64,000 nucleotides of DNA, taken from NCBI GenBank assembly GCA_963785665.1, contig CAWAWF010000022.1, forward strand, positions 242,267 to 306,266, written 5' to 3'. The position numbers were made by a program, and so were the translations under genes. Below, one piece after another: positions 35,628 through 46,838 of the stretch (positions are counted from its first letter, which is position 1; every line of letters starts with the position of its first letter). The notes under the pieces were generated by a model. That model saw nothing but the letters and a program-made list of their open reading frames with translations. It had not been told where the DNA came from and ran no database searches. This DNA is from an uncultured Alphaproteobacteria bacterium (GTDB lineage Bacteria; Pseudomonadota; Alphaproteobacteria; Rhizobiales; Xanthobacteraceae).

Positions 35628-36608
35628 GTGGCCAAATTCAAAGCGATTGTGATCCAGGACAAAGGCCAGGCGCCAAGCCTGACCGAGTTCGACGAGGCCA
35701 ACCTGATGGATGGCGATGTCACCGTCCGCATCGGCTGGTCCACCATCAACTACAAGGACGGCCTTGCCATCACCGGCAAGGCGCCGGTGGTGCGCCGTTT
35801 CCCGATGATCCCCGGCATCGATTTCGCGGGCGAGGTGGAAGCCTCGTCGCATCCGGACTGGAAGCCCGGCGACAAGGTCATCCTCAACGGCTGGGGCACC
35901 GGCGAAACGCATCTCGGCGCCTATGCGGAAAAGGCGAGGGTGAAGGGCCAGTGGCTGGTGCGGCTGCCGGCGAGCATGAGCCCGCGCGAAGCGATGGCGA
36001 TCGGCACCGCGGGTTACACCGCCATGCTCGCGGTGATGGCGCTGGAGCGCCACGGAATCAAGCCGGAGCAGGGCCCCGTGGTGGTCACCGGCGCCGCCGG
36101 TGGCGTCGGCTCGGTCGCCATTGCGCTCCTTGCCAAGCTCGGTTTCCAGGTGGTCGCCTCGACCGGGCGGCGCGAGGAGGCCGACTACCTGAAAGGCCTC
36201 GGCGCCAGCGAGATCGTCGACCGCGCCGAGCTTTCGGCGCCGGGGAAGCCGATCGCCAAGGAGCGCTGGATCGGCGGCATCGACTCGGTCGGCTCTACAA
36301 CGCTGGCGAACCTCCTCTCGATGACGAAATACGGCGGAGCCGTCGCCGCCTGCGGCCTGGCCGGCGGCATGGAGTTACCGTCGAGCGTCGCCCCCTTCAT
36401 TTTGCGCGGCGTGTCGCTCTTGGGCATCGATTCCGTCATGTGCCCGCCGGCGCTGCGAAATGAGGCATGGCGGCGCTTGGAATCCGACCTCGATCGCGGC
36501 AAACTCGAACAAATGACCCGGGAAATCGGGCTTTCCGAGGTGATCGGCGAGGCGGGCAGCATCCTGGAGGGCCGGGTTCGCGGCCGGATCGTGGTCAAGA
36601 TTCGGTAA
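35628..36608 (+). CDS. acuI: MDR family oxidoreductase, YhdH/AcuI (acrylyl-CoA reductase)-like
   Basis: [35 protein letters not shown] and [15 protein letters not shown] motifs; GTG start after GGAGGG. Confidence 0.85.
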   Translation: MAKFKAIVIQDKGQAPSLTEFDEANLMDGDVTVRIGWSTINYKDGLAITGKAPVVRRFPMIPGIDFAGEVEASSHPDWKPGDKVILNGWGTGETHLGAYAEKARVKGQWLVRLPASMSPREAMAIGTAGYTAMLAVMALERHGIKPEQGPVVVTGAAGGVGSVAIALLAKLGFQVVASTGRREEADYLKGLGASEIVDRAELSAPGKPIAKERWIGGIDSVGSTTLANLLSMTKYGGAVAACGLAGGMELPSSVAPFILRGVSLLGIDSVMCPPALRNEAWRRLESDLDRGKLEQMTREIGLSEVIGEAGSILEGRVRGRIVVKIR

Positions 36609-36710
36609 AGGCGTTCAGAATTTGGCTACGAACGTCAGGCATGATCGCCTCGAATCTATGGTAACCGGGGGGTTAACAGCGCTCCGGGCGATCAAAGGGT
36701 GGAGTGGCGG

Positions 36711-37169
36711 ATGAGCGTTCAGCGTCTGGCTCTGGGTGGAGCCCTGGTGTGTGCGTTGCTGGCGGCGGCCCCGGCCAAGGCCGAGGAATTGCGCGCAACC
36801 GAAGCGCGCGCCTTCATCGCCGGCAAGCATTTCTCCTATAGCTGTTTCGACGGCACCACCGGCAACGGCCGCATCTACGCGGACGGCTCGGCTGCCGGCT
36901 ACATCCGCGTCGGCGGCAGCGGACCGCAGAAGTACGTGGTGCTGCCGACCGGCACATTGCGCACCAGCGGCGACCGCTTCTGCGCTTCGATCCGCGGCAT
37001 TCCGTTCACGCCCTGCTTCAATGTGCAGCGCACCAGCCAGGTCAGCTTCCGCGGCTCGATCTCGGGGTTCGGCTTCGCCTATTGCGACTTCGTCCGCCAC
37101 GGCGGGCGCGGCGACCTGCGCCGCCCGATGCGGATCCACGAGCTCCGCGCCTCTTTCCAGGAAGACTGA
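36711..37169 (+). CDS. secreted hypothetical protein
   Basis: Signal peptide AKA-EE; four Cys; FSYSCFDGTTGNGRI. Confidence 0.75.
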   Translation: MSVQRLALGGALVCALLAAAPAKAEELRATEARAFIAGKHFSYSCFDGTTGNGRIYADGSAAGYIRVGGSGPQKYVVLPTGTLRTSGDRFCASIRGIPFTPCFNVQRTSQVSFRGSISGFGFAYCDFVRHGGRGDLRRPMRIHELRASFQED

Positions 37170-37176
37170 TCCCGTC

Positions 37177-37749
37177 TCACAGCCCGAGCGTGACCTCGGC
37201 CCAGCCGATCACGGTCTTGCTGTTGAGGAACTCCAGCACCACAGGCTCGATCGCCGCCGGTTGGTCCGCGCCATGCACCACGGTCGCAACGATCGCGTCG
37301 CAGTGGTCGTTGATGCCGACCGACAGCGCCGATTGTCCGCCGACCGGGGCGCCGCCGACCTTGAACGCGCGGCTGCGGCCCTTCATCCAGGCCACCTTGA
37401 TCTCGCGGCCTGGCCCCTGCGCAGCAAGCTTGTTGCCGAGCAGATCGTAGTCGCTGATGCGGTCGAGCTCCTCGTCGTCCGACACGCCGGTCGTGCAGTT
37501 GCAGAAGCCGATCTTGGCGCGGATGTAGACCGTCACCTCGGTGCCGCAGTCGGCGGCCTTGCAGCGGAACGCCTTGCCCTTGCCCCACTGGTCGAGCGGG
37601 AACGGCCAGCGCACCTCGCTCCACGCCGGATGCAGCGGGCCGGCGGCCGTGCCGCGCTCCACCGGCCGCTCGGCCAGCAGCGCATAGGCGCCGACCAGCC
37701 CGCCCATCGCGAAGGCGGCAACAGCGAGGATGATCGTCGTCTTCCGCAT
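37177..37749 (-). CDS. hypothetical exported Cys-containing protein
   Basis: N-terminal TM helix; WPFPLDQWG, RAKIGFCNCTTGVSDDEELDR; typical codon usage. Confidence 0.75.
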   Translation of the reverse strand: MRKTTIILAVAAFAMGGLVGAYALLAERPVERGTAAGPLHPAWSEVRWPFPLDQWGKGKAFRCKAADCGTEVTVYIRAKIGFCNCTTGVSDDEELDRISDYDLLGNKLAAQGPGREIKVAWMKGRSRAFKVGGAPVGGQSALSVGINDHCDAIVATVVHGADQPAAIEPVVLEFLNSKTVIGWAEVTLGL

Positions 37750-37773
37750 GATCGCCGGTCCGGTCCTCGGCGC

Positions 37774-39367
37774 TCAGGTCTTGCCGAGGAACTGGGTGGC
37801 GGCCTTGACATCGGGCCGATCGGACGCCGCCGTCCCGGTCATGGCGACGAGCTTCTCGTAGTTGGCCTTGGCGGCGGCGCGGTCGCCGAGCTTCTCGGCG
37901 GCTTTCGCCGCGCCGGCAAAGCCGTGCAGGCGGTTCGGCTCCTTGGCCTTGGTCGCCTCGAACGCCGCCAGCGCCTCCTTGGCCATGCCGTGCTCGAGCA
38001 GCATGTCGCCGTAGAGCTCGCGCGCCGGCGCGAGCGGCCCCGGCGTCACCGGCGACTTGTCGGTCTTGTCCTCGGCGTCGGCCGCGGCGCTCATGGCCTT
38101 CAGCGCCTCGTCGGTCTTGCCTTCGGCGTTGAGCATCCAGGCGTTGGCGATCTGCCACTGGATATCGACCTGCTGAGCCCAGTAGCCGTTCTTCGCCTCG
38201 CGAAGCTTGTCGCGCAACTCGGCGAGCTTGGCGATGTCGGCCTTGGCGGCGTCCGGTTTGCCGGAGCGCGCGGCGCCGAGCGCGCGGGCGAAATGCGTGA
38301 TCGCCATGACGTGCGGGAACGGGCTCGGCCGGACCTCGAGCTGGGCTGCGCCCGCCCAGTCGCCGCGCTCGACCATGTAGCGGGCCGGCGAGGCGGCCAT
38401 CGCGAAATGGCTGCCGAACGCGGCGGAATCGGCGGCCGGCAGCGCCTTCATGTCCTCGATCACCTGGCGCGCGTCCTTGTCGTCGGCGAGCTGCAGATAG
38501 GCGTAGACCATGTAGTCCTCGCCGTGGAATGCGCTGCCGTATTCCTTCTCCGTCTTGGCGGCCTTCACCGACGCGATGTTGGACGCGATCGATTCCTTCC
38601 AGTAGCCGACGCGGGTGAAGATATGCGACGGCATGTGCTGGGCGTGCGGAGCGGCCGGCGCGATCTTCGAATAGAGCTCGGCGGCGTGCAGCCCCTCGTT
38701 GGCGAGCGCCGGGTAGTCGTAGAGGTGGATCAGGTAGTGCGCGATGCCAGGGTGCTGCGGCTGGCGCTTCCAGATCGGCTCAAGGATCGCCGCGCCCTTG
38801 CGCTGCTGGGCGTAGGTCTTGTCGGCGGGTGAGGCCGACGTGTTCAGGGTGATGGCGTAGGCGATCTGCGCCTCGTCGTCGTTCGGATTTTTCGCCGCCA
38901 GCGCCTCCATCGCCTTGAGGTAGGCATGGATGCGCTCGACGTGCGTCAGCTTGTCGGCGTCGGCGTACATGAACGTGAGCGCGTCGATGTAGCCGCGCTC
39001 GCGCTCGGTCTTGGCGCCGACCGCCTTGGCCTTCTGGATCGCGGCGAGGCCGAGCGGGATGTTCGGCGCCGGGATCGGGTTGTGCGGATTGTCGAGATAA
39101 GTCATCGCGACGCCCCAATAGGCCATGCCGCAGGTCGGATCGGCCTGCGGCGGCCTCCTGGAAGATGTCGCGCGCCGCGTCATACCAGAACGAGTGCTGA
39201 TAGCGCATGGCGCGGTCGAAGCGGCGCTGCGCCACCTCGTTGCACGACGTCTCGAAATGCACGTTGCCGAGCTGCTGGTTGGTGTCGCCTTGCGCTGCGA
39301 TCGGGACCGGCGATGAGACCGCCAGCGCCGCCGCTCCGGCGACCGCGACAATCACGGACTTCCGCAT
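37774..39367 (-). CDS. secreted TPR-like helical protein (frameshift near 39150)
   Basis: LGNVHFETSC..HSFWY, CGMAYWGVAM, HPGIAHYLIHLYD and HAQHMPSHIF motifs. Confidence 0.8.
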
Positions 39368-39644
39368 GATGACCTCCCGTAAACGAATCGAATGAAACTG
39401 CCGCATCCTGTCGTGTTAACCGATGTTACGCCGTTGCTGCGGAGCCGGAAAGGCCACGTGGATTGCGGCGCCCGGGGTTAACCAATCAACCGTGTCGCGG
39501 CACGCGCTTGCCAAACATCAGCCGCTGTCGCCGTTTGCGTTCCCACATTAACCGTCGAAACAGTTCAAGCGCGACGGCATTACGCGGATGATGGATGATC
39601 GGCGCAACGATCATCTTGGAATGCAATTCAGCGGGATGCGCACA

Positions 39645-40040
39645 ATGGCCAGTCGCAAAAGCTATCTTCTTGCTGCCGCCGCGCTCGGTCTCGCGTTGAC
39701 GGGAACGCCCGAGGCCTTCGCCGGCCGTCAGGTTCACGGCAGCGACGTGGCCCGGCTGCTGACCGGCCGCGCGTTTCACATCGAATGCATCGACGGCACC
39801 ATCGGCCGCGGCCAAGTCACCACCGCCGGCATCGCCAACGTGCACTACCGTCGCGCGTCCGTGACCGGTCCCGAGGAAACCGACCATGCTGTCGTGCGGG
39901 TCAAGGGCGTTGAAATCTGCCTCGCCTGGAAGCAGTTCGGCGGCGGCGGCGACGGCTGCTACCCGGTGTCCGAAGAGGTCGCCGGCGCGCGCTATCGGCT
40001 CAGCACCGGTCCGCTGTGGTGCGACATCAGCCCGAAGTAG
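39645..40040 (+). CDS. secreted hypothetical protein (apparent paralogue of 36711-37169)
   Basis: Signal peptide AFA; LTGRAFHIECIDGTIGRG aligns with IAGKHFSYSCFDGTTGNG. Confidence 0.7.
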   Translation: MASRKSYLLAAAALGLALTGTPEAFAGRQVHGSDVARLLTGRAFHIECIDGTIGRGQVTTAGIANVHYRRASVTGPEETDHAVVRVKGVEICLAWKQFGGGGDGCYPVSEEVAGARYRLSTGPLWCDISPK

Positions 40041-40056
40041 GTCTTTCCCGCAAACG

Positions 40057-42756
40057 TCAGGCTGGCGGCGGCGGTTGACCTGGCGCCGTCACTGATGGCA
40101 TCCGCCGCGGAAACAGCAGCCGCTGGTAAAGCCAGCCGATTCCGACCAGCACCAGCCCGAGCCCGATGAACGACAGCGCGCGGTAGACGCCCGCCAGTCC
40201 CGCCATGTCGATCACGAACACCTTGGCGATGGTGAGCAGCGTGATCGCGGCGGAGGCGAGCCGCGCCGGTTGCGAGCGGAACACGATGCCGAACAGCAGC
40301 AGCGCCACGCCGTAAGCGAGCCAGACCACCGAATAGGTGTATTGCTCGGCGTCGGTGGTCGGCCCACGTCAAGATCGTGCCGTGATAGATCGCGCGCACT
40401 TCGAGCGACAGATAGCTCAGCATCAGCAGCACCGCGAAGGCCGCGGCAATGACCCGATAGGAGTGCGGACGAACATCGCGGGTCCGCATCGCCAGCACGA
40501 TCGCCAGCACCGCCGGGATGCCATAGCCCAGCAGGATCAGGTTGAAGAAGCCCGAGCCGACCGGCTCGCCGGTGAACAGCGGATTGCAGAACATCCAAAG
40601 TCCGAAGACGATGCCGCACGCCGTCAGCGCCGCAATCACGAGCGCGCCGATGTTGTGGACGACGCTTTTCGTGCGGTGGCGGACGTGCTCCAGCCCGATC
40701 GTCATGGCAAGGCCGAGGCAGACCTGCAGCGCCAGTTCGCCGAGATCGCTGGTGTCCCGATAGATGTCGCCACCGTTCATAAAGTGACGGATTTCCAGCA
40801 GCGCGGTGAGCGCGGTGAACAGGATCGCCGCGCTCTCGACCATCCGTGTCGGCAGGTCGTCGGCGCGCTTGCGCAGCAGATACCCGGCGAGCCAGAACGC
40901 AATCGCCGGCACGCCGTAGCCGTAGAGAATCCAGTTGAAGATCGGCGTTGAGCCGACATCCGCGCCCATGATGCGCGGCTCCCAGGCGACGCGCGCCACC
41001 ACCAGCACCGCAGCGGCTGCGGCGAGCGCGCGGAGCATCGGCCAGGGGCGCTGGTTGGCGATCCAGGCGATGCCCGGCACCATCAGCGCCAGCGCCACGG
41101 TGAGCCAGCCTTTTTCCAGCGCGAAGGTCAGCGTCAGCGCCAGCGCCGCCACCGTGCCGGTGGCGTAGAGCGCGCCGGACGCGGCGAGCCCCGGCCGCGG
41201 CGACCGCTTGCCGAGCAGCTCGGTCGCCCAGCCGAACAGTGCCGCGAGCAGCAGCGCCAGCCCGGCGAACGGGATCGAGCGTTCGAACCCGGCGACGCGG
41301 TAGTACAGCGCAATCAGCGTCAGCAGCGGCACGGCGATGCCGGACGCGCTCCAGATGATGGCTGCGACCGAACAGGTGGCGCGGCCTTGCGCCAGGAAGC
41401 CCAGCGCGCCGAACGCCACCGCGTAGGCCGGCGCCGAGCGCCAGGTGGGTCTCGATGCCGGCGTGCAGCGGCTGCGGCGAGGCAAGTCCGGCTGGGCCGG
41501 CCGGTGCGATCAGGCGATCAATGTCGGGATCGAGCGACCAGCGCAGGACGACGACCGCCACAAGCGCTGCCGCCGCCGCGACCGCGCCGGCTGCCGCTTC
41601 GGTGCGCCAGGCGATGGCGAGCGTCGCCGCGGTGAGTGCGGTGAACACGGTCAGCGCCGCCGGGTCGTGATGGCTGGCGAGCGTCAGCAGCAGGGCGCCG
41701 AGCAGATAGGCCGCGAGGGTGCCCGACGACATCTTGTCGATCTCGCCCGGCGCGGGCTCCGGCCCGTACAGCAGGCCGGACACGATCAGCGCCGCCACCA
41801 GTGCAAACCCCGCGATGACATGGAACAGATGCGCTGCAAGTGCATCGACGCGGTTGTCGAGCACGCCGGGGAACACCCAGAACAGTCCGAACGCCACTGC
41901 GGTGACGGCGAGCCACGGCCAGAGCCTGATGCGAGCGAGCGCGAACGCGGCGCCCGTCACCACCGCGAGATAGATGTATAGCGCCCAGTAGTTCGGCGCG
42001 TCCGAGGACACCAGCAGCGGCGTCACATAGGCGCCGACCAGGCCCAAGCGCGGCCAGCGCCGGGCCGTGCAGCAGCGCCGCGCCGAGCGTCGCCAGCGCC
42101 ACCACGCCGAGCAGCACGAAGGCGAACGCCGGATCGAGGAAACCGTAGAGCGCGTAGGCCGCATAGACGGTGGCGTAGGCGATGGTGGTGCCGGCGGCGG
42201 TGAGGATGCTGGGGATATGCGCGGTCGGTACGACAAAGCCGGACAGCTTCTCCTGCCGCCGCGTCCATTCGCCGCCGGCGACCAGCGCCGCCGCGAGCAG
42301 CGCACCGAAGAACAACCGCAGCCGCGGCCCGATCAGCCCCGCCTCGATGGAATACTTGACGAGGAAGATGCCGCCCAGCGCCAGCGCCACGCCGCCGATC
42401 CAGACCGTCCAGCGGGTGCCGAATTTCTCCTCGAAGCTTTCGACATGCTCGGGCACCGCAGTGACGGCGGGCTGCGCTGGCGGGACTCGAGGAGGCGGCG
42501 GAGGAGGAGGTGGTGGCTCAACCGCGACGGCGGCGGAATCCGGAATGGGCTTCGCAAGGGGCTCTGGCGAGGGCGGTGGCGGGGGAGGCGGAGGTTGCGG
42601 CGCCGCGACGGGCGCTCCGAATCCACGCAATTCGAGGGCGGCCAAGCGCGCGTCGAGCAAGCGCAGCCGATCATTGGTGCTGACCGTCTTGACCAGCGCC
42701 ACCAGGGCGATGATCGGAAACGCCAGCACCAGCAAGCCGAGGAAAACAAATTCCAT
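40057..42756 (-). CDS. DUF2339 family large membrane protein (three frameshifts)
   Basis: FEEKFGTRWTVWIGGVALALGGIFLVKYSIE, Pro-rich linker, and KVFVIDMAGL..YRALSFIGLG C-terminus. Confidence 0.88.
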
Positions 42757-42877
42757 GAATGCGCCCCCGCGAGGCCGAGTTTAGTCCAGCCAAGCGACCG
42801 TCGAAAGCGCGCTCAGGCCGCGAAGCCACAGGCTTCGCCGTCCTTGGTCGCGGCGACAGCGCCGGAGGTTCACCGGC

Positions 42878-43859
42878 CTACGACCGCCCGCCGAGCCGCA
42901 GCCCCGGCGCCGGGCGCTCCTGCACCACGTCGCGGCGGAAGCGGAATTGCGCCGCCGGCCTGCCGCCGGTCTCGGTCGAGGTCTCGCCGGTCGGCTCGAC
43001 CAGCGCTGCGGTCTCGACCAGGCGGCGGAAGTTCTGCTTGTGCAGGTGGCGGCCGGAGATCGCCTCGACGGTGCGCTGCAATTCGGTCAGCGTGAACGCG
43101 TCGGGCATCAGCTCGAACACCACCGGGCGGTACTTGAGCTTGGCGCGCAGCCGCGCGATCGCGGTCGCCAGGATGCGGCGCTGGTCGAACCGCATCGGCT
43201 CGCCGAGCGGCGGGATCTTACCGCGCGGCACATTGGCGTCGCGGCCGTCGCGACGCGCCTCCTCGACCAATCCGGCCTCGTACAACAGCTCGTAGCGGTC
43301 GAGCACCTTCTCCTCGTCCCATGGCGAGCCGCCGACGCCGAAGCAGTGCCGCAGCCTCTCGCGGCGGCCGAGCGGCCGCGTCGGGCTCGGCCTTGCCGGT
43401 TTTCGACCACTGCTCCAGCAGCGGCACGATGGTCTGGTCGAGGATGCCGGGGCGGCCGTCGCGCCAGTCCTCCCAGGGAAAGAAGCGGTACCAGGGCTCG
43501 AAGCTGGCGCCGGCCGCCCGCAGCGCCGCGGCGTTGTCGGACATCCGCGTCAGCGCCAGATAGCCGACCGAGATCATGTGCATGCCGGTGTCGCCCGGCC
43601 GGGCGTGACGGCCGCGGTCGCCGAAGGTGTAGAGCTGCTCGACATAGCCGACGTTGATGGCGGTCTGCGCCGCCACCCAGTTGCGCAGGCCGATCTCGAA
43701 GGTGCGGTGCGACAGCGGATCGAACGGCCCGAACGGCAGGCCGGCGCGGGTCTCGCTCTTCGGATCGGCCGCGACCAGGATGCGCGGCTCCTCGGCCTCG
43801 ACGGCGACGATCGCCGCGGTCAGCCCCACTTCGATCGGTGTCAGCGGCGCGTCGGCCAT
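42878..43859 (-). CDS. nadQ: NadQ (COG4111) Nudix-like/winged-helix NAD biosynthesis repressor (frameshift near 43350)
   Basis: LPFGPFDP..HRTFEIGLR, YVEQLYTFGDRGR, RYELLYEAGL and FTLTELQRTVEAISGRHLHKQNFRR motifs; matching operators upstream of nadA. Confidence 0.82.
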
Positions 43860-43871
43860 CTGCCGATCATA

Positions 43872-44378
43872 TCATTCCAGATCGAGCCGGAAGGGTTCGC
43901 CCTCGAGCGCGGGGAGGCCGGGGCCCAGCGCCTCGACCGCGGCGATCATGCGGCCCTTGCGGCCGAGGATGCGGTCGGCATGACGGACCAGCATGTTGTT
44001 GGGGGCTGCCGTCTTCGACGCCCCCCGGATCGTGCGTGCGATGGTGGCCTCGTCACGGCCGGGATTGAGCGCGCAGGCCGAGATGAAGGCCCCCGCGGTG
44101 GAGCGGCTGATGCCGGCGTAGCAATGGATCACGATGGGCGCGCGGCGGTCCCAACGCTGCACGAATCCGATCAGCTCATGGACATGCTCCTCGGCCGGAT
44201 GGGTGTAGCCCTCCACCGGCGTGCTGATGTCGTCCATGCCGAGGATCAGGTGGTTGGCCTTGGGGATGCTCGGCGGCCGCTGCACACGGTCGATCAGGCG
44301 CAGCAAGGTCACGATGTGGCTCGCGCCGGTTTCGGCGACGGTGTCTTGCAGGCGGGCGAGGGAGCAGACGTGGATCAT
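43872..44378 (-). CDS. protein tyrosine phosphatase-like protein
   Basis: HCYAGISRS (CX5R) P-loop. Confidence 0.9.
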   Translation of the reverse strand: MIHVCSLARLQDTVAETGASHIVTLLRLIDRVQRPPSIPKANHLILGMDDISTPVEGYTHPAEEHVHELIGFVQRWDRRAPIVIHCYAGISRSTAGAFISACALNPGRDEATIARTIRGASKTAAPNNMLVRHADRILGRKGRMIAAVEALGPGLPALEGEPFRLDLE

Positions 44379-44439
44379 GCAAGGCTTTCTAGAGTTGCAT
44401 GCGTATAGCGTGCAAATGCGCCGCCGTCATGACGGCGGG

Positions 44440-45060
44440 TTATTCGCGCGACAGCGTGTTGAACCGCTCGAGCAGGCGTCTCTCCGCGGTTCCTGCCGGC
44501 CATGGCGTTAGATAGTCGCGCTCGATCGCGGGCGACAGCACGGGCGGCGGCCCGAAGAACCGTCGCGCCTCGGACGCGCTGAAGCCCGCGAGCCGCGTCG
44601 CTTCGAGGAAGGCTGCGCCCCGATCGGCCGTCTTGATCATGCGTTCGACCTCCTCGGTGCGCTTCACCGGCAGCCCGAAGCGCAGATGGATGGCGGCGAG
44701 CAGCCGTGCCTCGACCACCTTGTAGGAGCCGCCGATCACCGCCTTGAACGGCGAAATCATGTCGCCGATCACATATTCCGGAGCGTCGTGCATGAGCAGC
44801 GCCAGCCGCGCCTTGCGGTCGAGTCGCGGCCAGCGCGCCCGCGCCACCGCGTCGACCAGCAGCGTGTGCTGCGCCACCGAGAAGATATGCGCGCCTTCGG
44901 TCTGGCCGTTCCAGCGCGCCACGCGGGCGAGGCCATGGGCGATGTCGCCGATCTCGATATCGAGCGGCGACGGATCGAGCAGGTCGAGGCGGCGCCCTGA
45001 CAGCATGCGCTGCCAGGCTCGGCTTCCGTTTGCGGATGCGGATATCGGCTTGCGGGACAT
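44440..45060 (-). CDS. HD family hydrolase (YfbR-like 5'-deoxynucleotidase)
   Basis: RAWQRMLSGRRLDLLDP, FSVAQH and HDAPEYVIGD motifs. Confidence 0.9.
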   Translation of the reverse strand: MSRKPISASANGSRAWQRMLSGRRLDLLDPSPLDIEIGDIAHGLARVARWNGQTEGAHIFSVAQHTLLVDAVARARWPRLDRKARLALLMHDAPEYVIGDMISPFKAVIGGSYKVVEARLLAAIHLRFGLPVKRTEEVERMIKTADRGAAFLEATRLAGFSASEARRFFGPPPVLSPAIERDYLTPWPAGTAERRLLERFNTLSRE

Positions 45061-45075
45061 CGAGGGCGGCGGCGC

Positions 45076-45687
45076 CTACTTCTTTCTGCCGTGCGTCTGC
45101 ACGGTCGCGTGGCAATGGCACTTCACCAGATGGTCGTTGACCATGCCGACCGCCTGCATGAAGGCATAGACGATGGTCGGGCCGACGAACTTGAAGCCGC
45201 GCGCCGACAATTCCTTGGACATCTTCAACGACAGCGGGGTTTCCGCCGGCACCTGCTTGGTGTCGCGGAACTTGTTGATCTTGGGCTTGCCGTCGAGGAA
45301 GTCCCACAGGAACGCCGAGAACCCCGGGCCCTTCTCCATCACCTCCAGATAGGCGCGCGCCGACAGCACCGCGCCGTCGACCTTGAGCCGGTTGCGCACG
45401 ATGCCGGCGTCCGCCATCAGCTTGGCTTTCTTGCGCGCATCGTAGCGCGCGATCTTCTCCGGATTGAAGCCGTCGAAGGCGCGGCGGAAATTGTCGCGCT
45501 TGCGCAAAATCGTGATCCACGACAGCCCGGCCTGGAAGCCGTCGAGCACCAGCTTTTCGTAGAGCGCGCGGTCGTCGTATTCCGGCACGCCCCATTCGTC
45601 GTCGTGGTAGGCGACGTAGACCGGGTCGTCGACCTTCGGCCACGGACAGCGATGCAGACCGTCGGGGTGGAGAACAGCGCCGCTCAT
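45076..45687 (-). CDS. tag: DNA-3-methyladenine glycosylase I
   Basis: RCPW, YHDDEWG, FQAGLSWITIL, GFKFVGPT and VNDHLVKC motifs. Confidence 0.95.
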   Translation of the reverse strand: MSGAVLHPDGLHRCPWPKVDDPVYVAYHDDEWGVPEYDDRALYEKLVLDGFQAGLSWITILRKRDNFRRAFDGFNPEKIARYDARKKAKLMADAGIVRNRLKVDGAVLSARAYLEVMEKGPGFSAFLWDFLDGKPKINKFRDTKQVPAETPLSLKMSKELSARGFKFVGPTIVYAFMQAVGMVNDHLVKCHCHATVQTHGRKK

Positions 45688-46568
45688 CAGGGTTTCTCCA
45701 CCGGCCAGCTAAACCTCGCCCAGTCCGGCTTGCGCGGCTCGATCGGCACGCCGCCGGCGGACAGCGACAGCCCCGCCGCGCGCGCATCGGCGACGCGGTC
45801 GAGGCGCAGCATCGCAAGCCCGCGGTTGCCCGCATGCGAGCCGGTAATGCCGACCTGCTTGTCGCCGGCCATCACCGGCATGCCGCCGTCGGGGGCGAAG
45901 CCTTCTGCTGCGATCGGCACGATGCGGTTTCGCGCGGTGCCGCGGTGCTCCATGCGCGACACCACCTCCTGGCCGACATAGCAGCCCTTGTCGAAATCGA
46001 CGCCGGCAAGCTGGTCCATGTCGGTCTCGTGCGGGAAGGCGTCGCCGTAGATGAAATCGAGGCCGCCGCGCGGCACGCCGAGCGCGATACGGTGGGCGTC
46101 GTAGGCCGCCGCTTCGAGGAGTTCGGCGCCCAGATCGGCCGCCGCCTCCTTGGCAAGATGCGGCGGCAGCATGAGCCGTTGGCCGAGTGCCGGCAGGCGG
46201 GGGTCGGCGTACAGCAGTCCGTATTCGGTCGCGCCGCTGCCGTCCCAAAGCCCCATCACGCCGAGCACCTCCGACAGGTCCTCGCAGATCGCCTTGGCGC
46301 GCAGCTTGTAGAAGTTGAGCTTCTGGACCAGTTCGCCGGCCAGCGCCCGCGGGCAATCCAGGAAAAACCCGCCGCCGTCCTCGGCCGGCGCCTCGGCGAC
46401 GATGCAATCGACGACGATCTTGCCCTGCGGCGTGAGCAGCGCGCCGAACCGGGCCTGCAGCGGGGTGACCTTGGTGACGTCGGTCGTCAGCAGGCCGTTG
46501 AGGAAACCCCGCGAGTCGGCGCCGGCCACCTTGACCACGCCGCGATCGGGAAGAAGTGCCGCTTTCAT
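45687..46568 (-). CDS. ygfZ: folate-binding protein YgfZ
   Basis: LLTPQGK and the DFDKGCYVGQEVVSR signature. Confidence 0.94.
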   Translation of the reverse strand: MKAALLPDRGVVKVAGADSRGFLNGLLTTDVTKVTPLQARFGALLTPQGKIVVDCIVAEAPAEDGGGFFLDCPRALAGELVQKLNFYKLRAKAICEDLSEVLGVMGLWDGSGATEYGLLYADPRLPALGQRLMLPPHLAKEAAADLGAELLEAAAYDAHRIALGVPRGGLDFIYGDAFPHETDMDQLAGVDFDKGCYVGQEVVSRMEHRGTARNRIVPIAAEGFAPDGGMPVMAGDKQVGITGSHAGNRGLAMLRLDRVADARAAGLSLSAGGVPIEPRKPDWARFSWPVEKP

Positions 46569-46838
46569 GCTTTTCCTTGCTGGCTGCGGCAACGTAGGCC
46601 GCTGGCTTTGACCGCTCAAGGGAGCCCGTGCGGGCCTGGGGTGCGCGCCCGGCGGCGTCGGCACACAGGGAACCCACGGTTTAGCGAAAGTTTTCCCCAA
46701 CCCTCGATTGCCATTTGTTGCGGAGACTTACAACCTGCGCCTGTGGGATTCCCACGGGGGATGTGGGGATCGCACGCGTGATGATTCAGCTTTTAGGGGG
46801 CGAACCGGCTGCATGCCTTGGCATGACACGACGGATCG

